The translations under genes and the position numbers were made by a program. The notes under the pieces were generated by a model. That model worked only from the letters and a program-made list of their open reading frames with translations. It had not been told where the DNA came from and did not search any database. A stretch of DNA of 63,970 bases, the filler included, from Octopus bimaculoides (taxonomy: Eukaryota), in the NCBI RefSeq assembly GCF_001194135.2. It is 6 parts of 6 records of this genome, joined end to end, with 100 filler letters (N's around TTAATTAATTAA, not from the genome) between each part and the next. Parts side by side here need not be neighbours in the genome. Positions count along the whole stretch, not along the records: positions 1 to 20,578 come from NC_069002.1; 5 more parts are not named here. One strand, given 5' to 3'. Below are positions 1 through 11,895 of this stretch, piece after piece (position 1 is the first letter of the stretch; every line of letters starts with the position of its first letter).

Positions 1-174
1 AAAGCACCCACTACACTCTCTGAGTGGTTGGCGTTAGGAAGGGCATCCAGCTGTAGAAACTCTGCCAAATCAGACTGGAGCCTGGTGTTGCCATCCGGTT
101 TCACCAGTCCTCAGTCAAATCGTCCAACCCATGCTAGCATGGAAAGCGGACGTTAAACGATGATGATGATGATG
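1..174 (+). mobile_element. Retroposon family A ((GAT)n tail), 3' part
   Basis: ...ggaagggcatccagctgtagaaac...atgctagcatggaaagcggacgttaaacgatgatgat. Homologous copies at about 2203, 6542, 8975, 9851, 17800, 19625 and 19950. Confidence 0.85.
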
Positions 175-356
175 AATGTAAATAGATAAGCATTACATTT
201 GACAGAGAAATCTGATTGCTAAAAGGTTAAAGTGATATAAACTAAGATTCTAAGGAATAATTTTTTTTAAAAACTCTAAAGATTAATCTCATATTCAAAA
301 CATTGGTGTAAAAAAAAAAAAAAAGTAATACAATAGAATATTAAAAAAAGAAAGAC

Positions 357-549
357 CTGTAAATCTGCAGAATAAGCGTGTGTGCTTGCCAGCGACAGCT
401 AGTTGAGTTGGACTCTAAGAGGAAGGAGCGCACAAACTTCATAAGGAGGGCATGGTCCACCGTTTGGTTAAGTTGCTGCACCAGGTCATAGCAGAGCTGC
501 TCATCCATCTGCTGCTGGAATTGGCGTTGGCCATTATCCTCATTAGCTT
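357..549 (-). CDS. UBR4: UBR4 exon (last in window): (E)ANEDNG...DEQLCYDLVQQL...FLLESNSTSCRWQAHTLILQIY(R)
   Basis: Matches recalled EDQLC..LV.QL...FLLESNSSSVRWQAH.L.L.IYR. ttatgacag| acceptor, ag|gtcttt donor. 193 nt, phase 1 to 2. The gene continues beyond position 1. Confidence 0.95.
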
Positions 550-1937
550 CTGTCATAAAGAAATATAGAACTTGAGTGAATATATATCTATAATAATAAA
601 TGGTAAGTTTGTGTGTTGGGGAATTTGTTACTTTAACTCCTCCAAGACTATCCAACAGACCTTGAGGAAACTTGATACATGTGTGGGGGGGGGCTTATGC
701 CCATGCGGTCACTTACGCACTTGGAATTTTTTTTAAAATCAATTTTTAATCAGCATCGATTTTTCAAAAAAATCGTAAAATTTGGGCATTTTTCGCACTA
801 GCCATCATGACATCAATTTGATGAAAAATGTTTCATGTGTATAAACAGACAGCTTATTAACGGTAATCTATTTAACATTTGCTAATTCTTCATTTCAATG
901 CAAATTGTTTAGATTTGCTAAAACTTATTATTTCAATTCGTTGTTTTAATTCTAGAGTTTCAGGTTTTGCTTAGCTAAGAGCATTTTATTTCTCAAGCAA
1001 AATTTAGGCGCCAATTTCACGAAATCTGTTCCAAAGAGTAAAATTTCGCCATTTTACACACATGCACAAAAATGACAACACGGGTTTGCTACCAAACTCT
1101 GCTCATTTTTTCATCAAATTGGTCCTACCCATTAATATAGATTTTTAATTTTTGAAAAATGCCGAAATTTGATGAAAACAGACATCTTATTAACAGTAAT
1201 TTATTACCGGATATCTTAGCTAGTATATACATGTATATATATATATAATCAACATTATAACAACTCATTTTATTTATAGAGATAGTATGGTTTGTATCTG
1301 TGAGATTGACAAAATATATAAACCTAATTATCATTTTATAAAGTATCAACTCACTCACCATTCATTACTGACATTTGAACTGGTAAATAGTTAATTGAAG
1401 AAAACTCCAATCCAACAATGTCTATAGTCCTTTAGAATGGGGAAAGAATTTTCCCCCTTTTTGACTGCTCTCACACCTCACTTTTTTATTAGCAGACAAG
1501 CAAGAACATACGAACATGCTATGCAGCATGGCAGCGAACCTGACTGAAAGACTCTGCAGCAGAATTTAACTGAAGTTTTAACGTTCATGTTAATGTCGTT
1601 CTTTTTTTTGCCATGTTTAGCATGGGTGAGACAAGTACATATTACTGAGGCATTGTCTTACAGTAGAATGCTCTTTCTCTCACTAACCCATACCTGTTTA
1701 TCAACTAAGGGCTTTTTTAAAAATTTTATTTTATTTTATTTCACATGTTCACATGTTTTTAAATTAAAACTTTCCAATCAAAACTTCATGTTAATTTATG
1801 ATCCAAACACCAGCTTCATAATGAATGATTTTGCTCAATTCTTCATCGTTTTCAAACTTAATTGAAACAAAAGCAGAGCATATGTCACTACAAATAAGGT
1901 AACAAAAAGGTTAAGCAATGAGCCATGTATTAATTAC

Positions 1938-2126
1938 CTGTATTCATATTAGGTGCAGAATCTTTTTCTTTCTTGCGCTTAGTAGGAGATCCACAGCTAT
2001 TAGAACTTGAACCTGCTAGCTGAGTTATCTTTGAGCCACACACAGCTGACTGGAGCAGCTGTAGCAAGACAGGGGCAACACCTTCATCAAGCATGATGCT
2101 TGCTTTCATCAAAAACACAAGGATAT
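1938..2126 (-). CDS. UBR4: UBR4 exon: (D)ILVFLMKASIMLDEGVAPVLLQLLQSAVCGSK...NT
   Basis: Matches recalled VDEGVSPVLLQLLSCALCGSK. ttctttgcag| acceptor, g|gtaatt donor. 189 nt, phase 1-1. Confidence 0.95.
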
Positions 2127-2202
2127 CTGCAAAGAAACAAAACACACAACATGACAAATTTACTGTCTACATTCTTCATCTGAGTCAGTTCGTATGTTAG
2201 TT

Positions 2203-2545
2203 TCATCATCGTCATTTAACGTCCGCTTTCCATGCTGGCATGGGTTGGACGGTTTGACCGAGGACTGGCAAGCTGGGAGGCTGCACCAAGCTCCAGTCTG
2301 ATCTGGCAAGGTTTCTACAGCTGGTTGCCCTTCCTAATGACAACCAATCTGAGAGTGTAGTGGGTGCTTTTTACATGCCACCAGCACAAGAGCCAGTCAG
2401 GAGGAACTGGCATCAGCCATGCTCAAATGGTGCTTTTTATGTGCTACTGGTATGGGGGCCAGTCAGGAGGAACTGGCATTGGCCACACTCGAATGGGGCT
2501 TTTTACATGTCACTAGCATGGGTGCCAGTCAGGTGACATTGGCTA
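2203..2545 (-). mobile_element. Retroposon family A with 3 x 66-bp internal repeats
   Basis: Reverse complement of the family A sequence. Repeat units start at 2363, 2429 and 2495. Confidence 0.85.
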
Positions 2546-2721
2546 AATAAGCATTGCATTTGACAAAGTAATCTGAATGCTAAAGAGTTAGGGTTTCCCT
2601 GTTCTCATATAAACACTAGAAGATTACTCTCAGTGCAGACAACTATTTTAGAGTTTACTGTGTGAAGTCACTTGAAGAACATCTGACACAACTTGAAAAG
2701 AAATCTTGAGAAAACTCTTAC

Positions 2722-2800
2722 CAGTTTCCTTCTGGCAAAACAGCTGCCAATTGTTAGCACGTGTAGTGGCAATTTCAGAGCATTGCTTCAAATGTTCAAT
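2722..2800 (-). CDS. UBR4: UBR4 exon: IEHLKQCSEIATTRANNWQLFCQKET(D)
   Basis: Matches recalled MEHLKACAEIAAQRTINWQKFC. ctatttcag| acceptor, g|gtaaga donor. 79 nt, phase 0 to 1. Not in the ORF track. Confidence 0.93.
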
Positions 2801-2927
2801 CTGAAATAGAAAACATTTTATTAATTACTTAATTCCAGTTTGTAAATTCTGATTAAAAGTGTAATATAAAAATTTAACTGAAAACATTTGTGACATAAAA
2901 AAAAAAAAGTTAAAGTCCTCAGAAGAT

Positions 2928-3308
2928 AGGCGCAGGAGTGGCTGTGTGGTAAGTAGCTTGCTTACCAACCACATGGTTCCAGGTTCATTCCCACTGCGTG
3001 GCACCTTGGGCAAGTGTCTTCTACTATAGCCTCAGGTCGACCAAAGCCTTGTGAGTGGATTTGGTAGACAGAAACTGAAAGAAGCCCGTCATATATATGT
3101 ATATGTCTGTGTTTGTCCCCCCAACATCGCTTGACAACCGATGCTGGTGTGTTTACGTCCCCGTAACTTAGCGGTTCGGCAAAAGAGACTGATAGAATAA
3201 GTACTAGGCATCCAAAGAATAAGTCCTGGGGTCGAGTTGCTCGACTAAAGGCGGTGCTCCAGCATGGCCACAGTCAGGTGACTGAAACAAGTAAAAGAGT
3301 AAAAGAGA
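2928..3308 (+). mobile_element. tRNA-derived SINE family B, full length
   Basis: Pol III A-box-like tggctgtgtggt and B-box-like ggttcattccc. Central ccttgggcaagtgtctt domain resembles the CORE/V/Meta-type SINE cores. Internal (TA/TG)n tract and an aaaagagt tail. Confidence 0.85.
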
Positions 3309-3930
3309 GAAGAGCCTGAAAATTTCAGATTTTCACCCAGTCATCCTTCTTCACCCCTCACTATTCCTGGGAAGTAGATTCCTCAGGCATCTCCTTCCTT
3401 CCAAAGGGTTCTATCAGAAGCAACCATCATTACACTTTCCTGCTGGGTTTCCAAACGCAAACATCTGAGACGATAGATATTATCCAGCCATCTTGCTCTT
3501 GGCGTACCCCCGTATTCCTTGCCAATTAGCTCAGCTTGAAGAATCCGTCATGTGATTATTTTCTGTGACATTCTAATCTCATGTCCATATACTGGAACTG
3601 TGACCGTTCAGAATTTGTACTTCTAAAATTTATAAATTCATCTTATTTGTTTGCATTTCATTAATTCCCACAAGTCATCACTCTCAATTAACTTAATCCT
3701 TAACGAAATAAGTAACAATAGCCAGTTCTCCTCTTCTTTTTAACAAAACAAGAATAAAAAAAACCCCCAAAAAACTCAATATGGTCAGAGGAGAAGGGTC
3801 TACATATTTATTAGCAAATATTACATTTGTATGGGTCATTTTGAATTTTTGCTTTCAACTAGAAAACTTCTTGAATAATAATAATGTAGAAATAAAAAAG
3901 TATTCAACTTCCAAAAACATGAACATTTAC

Positions 3931-4107
3931 CATTGTGAGAAGAGTATCGTATGGTAGTATAATGGTGCCAAGGAACATATCAGCAGCCGTTACATCTAAA
4001 CCACTCTTATGGCAAATTTCCATAACTGATTTCAGATGAGACTCAAGCGCATGTAAGTCACGAAGTTGGCGATATTTCTCTTTTGAACCACAGATGAAAA
4101 GTAGCAA
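3931..4107 (-). CDS. UBR4: UBR4 exon: LLLFICGSKEKYRQLRDLHALESH...YDTLLTM
   Basis: LLLFICGSKEKYRQLRDLH is identical to the recalled UBR4 motif. atttag| acceptor, atg|gtaaat donor. 177 nt, phase 0-0. Confidence 0.96.
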
Positions 4108-5533
4108 CTAAATAAACAAAAAAGAAAATTGAGAAATTAATGTCATTTAAACAGAGGAGAAAAAAAAGAAAGGAAAAAATCTACTTTCTCTTTTTATCGT
4201 TTCTTTAAACGAAAATGTTGCAGTAGAACTGTTAGTGAACACTGCACAGAAAGAGCTATGAACATTCTAATTATTATATAAAGGATTAACTTAAAGTCAA
4301 CAGTTTTTTTTTGTGTTTTTGAATGGCTATGATACATCTTCAACATTGTAATTGATTAAAATCAAATATTTTTGAAAATTGATGAAAAAAAAAAAAGTAT
4401 ACGTGAGCATCATTAATATTTTAATATGTATTTCATCATGTTATCACAGATTTAATTTATTTACAGTACAGCATTTTTGATAGTCATTTCCAATAAACAC
4501 CATTCTCGCCAATGATCTCCAAGTCCACTTATCCACTCTCACCACCTCTCTTATATTTCACAATTATGAGTTCATAATACCTTAACATCCAGTGTCCAGA
4601 GTATGCAGAGACTTAACATCCAGTGTCCAAAGTATGCAGGATTGGGTTTCAATTCTCATCCAACATACTAAGTATGGCTTCTGGATTTTCGTACTCAAGA
4701 ACTTTAAACCACTTTTTGCCAGTCTGAAAAATCAGAACTGAACCAATCTGGGAGATTTTACAATGGAATTCAGGTTATCAGCTCATAACATGCTAAAGAC
4801 TGAAAATTATTGGCATAGCACTTGCATAACTTCATGAAGGGAACAATTAACTAGAATAGTACCCCAGTTGCCTGAAGCTTTCAGCAGCTCATCAACCATT
4901 TATGTATTCTCATTATTAATTGCTTCATTCACTATGCCTATACTATCCTGCATGGTTTGTCACGAAGGAGATGATCATCCTATCATTGAAGCTGTGCTAT
5001 GTTCTAAGCCAACACCCTTAATGCTACCACTAACTCAGTTTACCTAGCCATAAACAGATGACAACATATTGATACATTACAAACCAAAAGACATCTGCAA
5101 AATGGGACAACTGGCTAATTTATGATATGAATACTATGTATTTGTATGTTGTTGTTTAGTCTCAGGTCAGCTTGAACCAGGCAGAATTATAATGAAAAGC
5201 TTTCTAGAACTAGGCACAATGTACCTAACACTATATCATCAAATATGACCCCCCCCCCCCCAAGACCGGAGAGAGTGGTTTGAAAGAGATTTGTGAGTTA
5301 ATGTTGAAAGCAAGATCATCATCATCATCATCAAAATGATGTATGGTTAAGAGAAATGAAGAAATACTATAGTGCAGATCAATATGATTACGAGTCTAGA
5401 AATCAGATGTCAAAGTAGTGGTGGTGTGTGGACTTGAAAGCTGGTGGTGGGGCTGTTTGACAATAAAATGTGTGATTGTATTACTTGTAAGAGAAGAAAA
5501 TAAATAGGAAATTTAGGATAAATGTTTGCTTAC

Positions 5534-5581
5534 TTTTCTTACTTGCCTCTTCACATAAGGTGTTTGAGGTGTCATCATGTA
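5534..5581 (-). CDS. UBR4: UBR4 mini-exon: YMMTPQTPYVKRQVRK
   Basis: Matches recalled YLMIQQTPFVRRQVRK. tttctttcag| acceptor, aaa|gtaagc donor. 48 nt, phase 0-0. The ORF track shows only a wrong frame here. Confidence 0.92.
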
Positions 5582-5827
5582 CTGAAAGAAAGAAAAATGT
5601 TAACAATATAAAACAAACTTTTATAAACACAGTTACAAATATATATTCATTTTCCCATTCATTATATATGTGTGCGTGCGCATGTGTGTATGTATATATA
5701 TATATATACATACAATTAAACTTAAAAGGAAATGCAGAGGCACACACTATGAGTGGAAACTGTTCAATATAGATCTCTGGGAAGTGGGTAGTTTGTTGTG
5801 TGAAGTGTGTGCATGTATGTGTATATC

Positions 5828-6180
5828 GTGGCACTCCGTCGGTTACGACGAGGGTTCCAGTTGATCCGATCAACAGGACAACCTGCTCGTGAAATTAACT
5901 TGCAAGTGGCTGAGCCCTACACAGACATGTGTACCCTTAATGTAGTTCTCGGAGGAGATTCAGCATGACACAGAGTATGACAAGGCTGGCCCTTTTGAAA
6001 TACAGGTACAACAGAAATAGGAAAAAAGAGTGAGAGAAAGTTGTGGTGAAAGAGTACAGCAGGGTTCGCCACCACTCCGTTTTCGTTCAATAAACACTCA
6101 CAACGCCTGGTCTGGGAATCGAAACTGCAATCCTACGACCGCCAGTCCGCTGCCCTAACCACTGGGCCATTGCGCCTCCA
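5828..6180 (-). mobile_element. tRNA-derived SINE family C
   Basis: Minus-strand head ggaggcgcaatggcccagtggttagggc...gtttcgattcccagacc. Body is shared with the 16050 copy. Confidence 0.85.
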
Positions 6181-8122
6181 CATTTGTGTATATAATCTGT
6201 AGGGAAGCAGACAATGATTTTAGGCAAGAATAAATCTCAAGAGGACATTAAAGATCCTCATTTACTGCAAAGTTAAGAGAAGTGATAACTAAATGAAATG
6301 TCAGACAGTTTGAATGGATAATTTCTATCTGTGGTTTTTAGGAAAGTCATAAAAAACTCTTTGGCTATGTTTTTTGCAGTAGATATTAATTCTTTGTTTG
6401 GAATGGGTCTTTATTGCTGTTTAATCTCAAGACAGTCCAGACCAAACAGATTGATGATCATTCATCTTTCCTCCTATCAGATAAAAATAGTTGTAATGTA
6501 GCATCACAGTATTAATGCAGAGATGCTGAAGAACTGGTGAGATCATCATTGTTTAGCATCTGTATTCCATATTGGCAAGGATTGGATGGTTTGACAAGAT
6601 CCAACCAGTCAAAGGACTGTGTCGAGCTCCTGTGCCTGCTTTGTTGATGGTTTCTATGTTTGGATGTCCTTCCTAATGCCAACCACTATACAGAGTTAAC
6701 TGGGTGTTTCTTTTGCATCACCAAGTAGCTCACAAAGAAAAACCCCTTGATTAGGGCAAAGATGGATCGAAACCCAGGGAGGTGGCTTGTAACAGGTGGC
6801 AAGAGGTAAGAGTAGGAGGGAGATATTGTTGATATTTCTGAGATTGTCTCCTAGACTGACTATTGGCTTTTTCTTTTTTTTTTGTATGGACTTAAGTTCA
6901 ACACGTGTTGCCTTGGTTTATAATCATATGTTATTTGGCTGAAATTTCAAGTGTGTCTATATTGTAAAGTATTAGTCAAACATTTATATTCTCTAGATCT
7001 CTCTCACTTATCTGATACACATGAATCATAGGCAAAACAGAAGCTCATAGTTTCCATAGGCACCTAATATGTTCGTTCATTCATTTAACATTGGTTTCCA
7101 TGGTAGCATGGCTTAGGCTGGACAGAGGCGGGGAGATAGTTGAAACAGGAGTTTTAGGTTGGATGCTCGTCATACTGCCAGCCCTTACTTGTTTATCAAG
7201 TACGGGGCTTTTTTTCTTTTTTCTTTTGTTATTCCAGAGGAATTTGAAAAGCATTTGTTGACAAAATACTCAACAAATAGTCTGTGTGGATGTGAGTAAA
7301 TGAATAAAAAAAAAAGTTCTAGCTTTGATTTTCTGAATGCAGAGATTACACTAAAAATAGGGAGAAAAAATCAATAAATTGTTTTATTCTTCAAATAATT
7401 TCCCATCCTCAACCATGTTAAAACAGAAAAACAGTCAAGAAACAAATGATAAGTTATTGATTTTCTATATCTGGTGTAATCTCTGCATTCAGAAAAATAA
7501 AATGAAAACAGGATTTGGTTGTGGTTGCTTTATCAGAGAATTGAAATGAAATACTAGAGAGAGAGAGAGAGCATAGTGTAGTCTAGCTAAAAATAATCTG
7601 CACATATAAAGGCAATAAATACATATTTTTAGTGATGAACTTGAAGTAGATAAACCTTTAATTAATAGCATGTAAATATAAGATTAAAAATCCCTTTGGA
7701 TACAACAAATCACACAGGTATCTGACATTTTCTATTCAAGTGAATTTTTTAAAACAATATTTACATGTTATTAAACTGGCTTTGTCTTTCGTCCCTTTGG
7801 AGTCAATAAAACAAGTAGCAGTTGAGCACTGGGGGAAATGTAATCAAAAAAGGATTTATAGCTTTATCTACTTCAAGTTCAACTATAAAAAAAAAAGTCT
7901 CTGAGGGTTGCTTAATTCTCATGGATGTAAACAATATATATTTTTCGTTTCAGAGATGGACATGGTACATATTTTTGAAACAATTTTTATAATCAATTAT
8001 TCTCTAAATTAATCAAGATAATTATTTTTTAAATAAAACAAGCATGAATTTTTTTTTCTTCAATGTACTACTATTACATTCCAAAATTTATTGACACTAA
8101 AAAAAGAAAAGAAAATACTCAC

Positions 8123-8200
8123 TTCTGAAAGTATACTAAACCAACCATCTTCAAATACAGGTGCTGGAATTCCAGTATTTGAATCAGCAATTTTTTTCAA
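8123..8200 (-). CDS. UBR4: UBR4 exon: LKKIADSNTGIPAPVFEDGWFSILSE
   Basis: Matches recalled IKKITDTNSRIPPPVFDHSWFYFLSE. ttttttag| acceptor, gaa|gtgagt donor. 78 nt, phase 0-0. Not in the ORF track. Confidence 0.93.
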
Positions 8201-8263
8201 CTAAAAAATTTAAAAAAACATAAATAAATAAAAATTGCTTCAAAATGAATAATTATTAATTTA

Positions 8264-8953
8264 TTAACTCTTTTGTTTTTAGTGAAATACACTGCCTTTT
8301 GTTTCATTTTGAAAATAATGAAGAATTTAGTCAAATAACTTTGTCGTTATTAACTTGGGGTTGTGAACATAAATTAACATGAAATTTTGATGGAAAGTTT
8401 TAATTTACGGAGATGTACTTGCATAGCAAGTGACCTGATCTGAGATCGTGTGCTGGAACGAAAACAAGTGCAGCGTGGAAGGTGTTTATAAGCCATTTAA
8501 AATAACACACAAAAGTTGCAGCACAGAATTTTGTCAGTGAACAGGTCGCGGTCTCAAAGCGACGAAAATATTTTGACAAATTAAATTTAAATGTTGAAGT
8601 GAATCTAACGGCCTTTGTGTGTTATTTTAAATGGCTTATAAACACCTTCCACACTGCAATAGTTTTAATTTAGATTCTTTTAAAAGAGAGAATTTGTCTC
8701 AAGGACCTTCGATGGTTTCAGGTAGGTTCATAGTAAAAGAGTTAATCCTTTTGTTACTGTATTTCTGTTGAAATACTCTGCCTCTGTTTCAATTTTGAAA
8801 ATAATGAAGAAAAATCTAGTGACATATTTTTGCCTTATTAAGTTGTTGCTTGAAACATTAATTAACATGCAATTTTGATGGAAGGTTTTAATTTAGATCA
8901 CTTTAAAACGGGAAGCTTGTATCATAAAAGCAGGGGTGGTTTCAAAAGGTTAA
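8264..8953. mobile_element. Two tandem piggyBac-like MITEs, the first carrying a nested foldback insert
   Basis: ttaactcttttg...aaaagagttaa, then tccttttg...caaaaggttaa. The two bodies are homologous. Insert at about 8408-8665 with 45-bp inverted repeats. Confidence 0.65.
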
Positions 8954-8974
8954 ACAGGGAAAAAAGGCAAACAT

Positions 8975-9357
8975 TCATCATCATCATCATCATTTAACAT
9001 CCGCTTTCCATGCTAGCATGGGTTGGACGATTTGACTGAGGACTGGTGAACCAGGTGGCTACACCAGGCTCCAATCTGATTTGGCAGATTTCTACAGTTG
9101 GATGCCTTTCCTAACGCCAACCACTCCGAGAGTGTAGTGGGTGCTTTTATGTGCCACCAGCATGAAGGCCAGTCAGGCGGTACTGGCAACGGCCTCGCTC
9201 GAAATGGTGTATTTTACGTGCCACCTGCACAGGATCCAGTCCAGCAGCACTGGCAACGATTTGGCTTGAATGTCTTTTCACGTGCCAGGAAGGCGACGTT
9301 TGTAACGATCACGCTATAATGGCGCTATTTACGTGCCACCGGCACGGAAGCCAGACT
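8975..9357 (-). mobile_element. Retroposon family A with about 4 internal repeat units
   Basis: (tca)n then tttaacatccgctttccatgctagcatgggttgg. Units at about 9140, 9206, 9271 and 9321. Confidence 0.85.
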
Positions 9358-9557
9358 GCCAAAGAGTATTAGAAACATCATTCAAGAGAAATAGCTACCA
9401 TAAGGAATTGAAACTGGCTCTTAATTTTCGCTAGTTGGTCATTTACTTCTCATCTAGATATGTAATGGTTTCAAACTGACAAATCATTAAAATTACTATT
9501 GTTTTTTAAATGATACAAAAGTTTATGCAAACTAGAATTAGAAAATTACTAAAATAC

Positions 9558-9725
9558 CTGATAAGGAAGTCTGAGAACCATTTCAGTTAACAACTGGGGA
9601 TAATCCTCAAAGACATCATTAGCATGACCTTTGACATATGGTCTCAGGAAGAAAGGTGTCATGTCAGGTGGTGGCCACATCGGGTGGGGTTTCAAAAGTT
9701 GGCCTGGGAGATTAGATCCTTCATC
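9558..9725 (-). CDS. UBR4: UBR4 exon: DEGSNLPGQLLKPH...PPDMTPFFLRPYVKGHANDVFEDYPQLLTEMVLRLPYQ
   Basis: Highly diagnostic UBR4 motif (PPDMSPFFLRQYVKGHA.DVFE.Y.QLLTEMVLRLPYQ). tttacctcag| acceptor, cag|gtattt donor. 168 nt, phase 0-0. Confidence 0.96.
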
Positions 9726-9850
9726 CTGAGGTAAAGCAAAAAAAAACAAATTAAATATTGTAAAATGCCAATATAAAAAACATGATCACTATTTTCCTCC
9801 TTTCAATAAATGATTACATTACACACCACTATAATAAATATATATACATA

Positions 9851-10156
9851 TCATCATCATCAACATCATCGTTTAACGTCCGCTTTCCATGCTAGCATGG
9901 GTTGGACGATTTGACTGAGGGCTGGTGAAACCAGATGGCTACACCAGGCTCCAATCTGATTTGGCAGAGTTTCTACAACTGGATGCCCTTCCTAATGCCA
10001 ACCACTCAGAGAGTGTAGTGGGTGCTTTTACGTGTCACCCGCACGAAGGCCAGTCAGGCGGTACTAGCAACAGCCACGCTCAAAATGGTGTATTTTATGT
10101 GCCACCCGCACAAGAGCCAGTCCAGGGGCACTGGCAACGATCTCACTCGAAAATCC
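9851..10156 (-). mobile_element. Retroposon family A with 2 internal repeat units
   Basis: Very similar to the 8975 copy. Units at 10021 and 10087. Confidence 0.85.
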
Positions 10157-10251
10157 TTAAATCATTAAATACGTTGTGGTTTAAAAAATATATATAAATA
10201 GAAGTAGCATGTTGGTTTGTTTCACCATTCTCTATTATTTTCCATATGATA

Positions 10252-10780
10252 CAGTGGTTCCCAAACTTTTTAGAGACGCAACCCACTATTTATGACACCA
10301 GTTTATGGCGACCCACAAAACTCTACTGGGTAAAAACATTAATGAAAGAAACAAATTTATTTCAGATTACATTTTCATTGAGGCCTGTGAGAAGGATGAG
10401 CCTGTTTCTTGCTACGCTCAATAATAGAATTAACATCAGGTTCAATGCATGATAGTTTCAGCCGTAAAGAATTTGAGAGCTGCAGTTTATTTCGAAATTT
10501 GCTTTTAATCCCAACCATTGCTGAAAATCCAGCTTCACAATTATAAGATGACGCGAAAGGGAGAAGTACTTTTAATGCTTCGGTGGAAATGATTGGGTAC
10601 GGGGCTTGAAGAGATGCCCAGAACTGTACCAATTTTCGGGTCATTTTCAATACCAGTCTGGTATTGAAAACATGAGTCTTGAACTATCTCGATAGACAGC
10701 AGTTAATCAAAGCTAATGCGTAATTTTATTACTTTTTGCGACCCATCAGTGGGTCGCGACTCATAGTTTGGGAACCACTG
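10252..10780 (-). mobile_element. Non-autonomous hAT (Charlie/Buster-like) element retaining the transposase C-terminal dimerisation domain
   Basis: Perfect 16-bp TIRs cagtggttcccaaact / agtttgggaaccactg. Flanks atatgata / atctaata (6/8 match, decayed 8-bp TSD). ORF 10375-10650: FWASL..YP..STEALKVLLPFASSYNCEAGFSAM..IKSKFRNKL. Confidence 0.92.
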
Positions 10781-11895
10781 ATCTAATATATATAGTTTTC
10801 TGTTATTCTCTATATTAATGCATGTATAAAGTAGTTGTAATAAGATTATTTACAGCTTACAATTCATCTTTCCATAAACACAAGCGGAATGCAAATTGGT
10901 TCATAGAAGTATTCTACATTCATTCAGGCATTTAACATTCCACTCCACCCATGCTAGAATGGTTTGGATGTGAATTGATTTAGAGGTAGGATTTTATGGC
11001 AAGATGCTCTTGCTGTCACTTCCTTCACCCGATTTCAGATAAAAGACTTTTATATACCATAAATCTTCAAGAAGCACATAATGTTAATATGACTACTGCT
11101 TCACTAAAATGGTGACAATGAAAATATGTTACTGTTTCAAGTGAAGAAGGGTTTATGCTGACATGACTAGTTAACATTACAACCAGTTACTCTGTGCTTT
11201 CAAAGACCCATGAAATATAAAAAGACTATCCACATAATACCTCCAGATTCTTTCAAAAACTAACTAAATGATTATAGTTAAATTTAGAATAGACTGATTT
11301 ATACCAACTAAAAGTTCTCAAATGGGCACACAAACATGTAGAATGAAAGTGAAAAGGCCAAAATGCCTCTGGTGTTCTTGCTAGCCACTACTGCGATGAA
11401 TTTTCATCTCTCTTTGATATTTAGTGTGTTTTTAATACAGTAACTCCATAACAGATGCTATCTCAGGACAAATACTGCAGGAACTGGCCTATCAACAATG
11501 TGTATACATTAAGTATGATATACAGATACAGATGGCCATTTTAATTACTAGAAAGCAATTTAAATATAATTTGCATTTCTCTGCCACAGATATTATAATG
11601 AATATTAAGAAAAAAAAAAAACTCAAAGCTAAAAGAATAAATTTAAATGCATTGAATACAAATGTTACTGTCCACCAACAGAGACAAAAGCTGACATTAA
11701 GCTAAAATTAGCTTCAATTATATCAGATATTTCTTCTTTTATTAACAGAGTGTTAATAAATACTATCAAAAATTTCATTAATTTCACACGCAATAATTCT
11801 TTAAACATTTTACAATTCTAATAATTAAAAATTTCTTTAAAAAAAAAAAAAAGGTAATATTATAGAAATGAAGCTTAGAAAGTTTATAGTTTTAC

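Noticed and set aside
5481-5873. ORF containing HDDTSNTLCEEASKK
   Set aside because: Wrong frame. The real UBR4 exon here (5534-5581) reads YMMTPQTPYVKRQVRK, and the rest is SINE and microsatellite.
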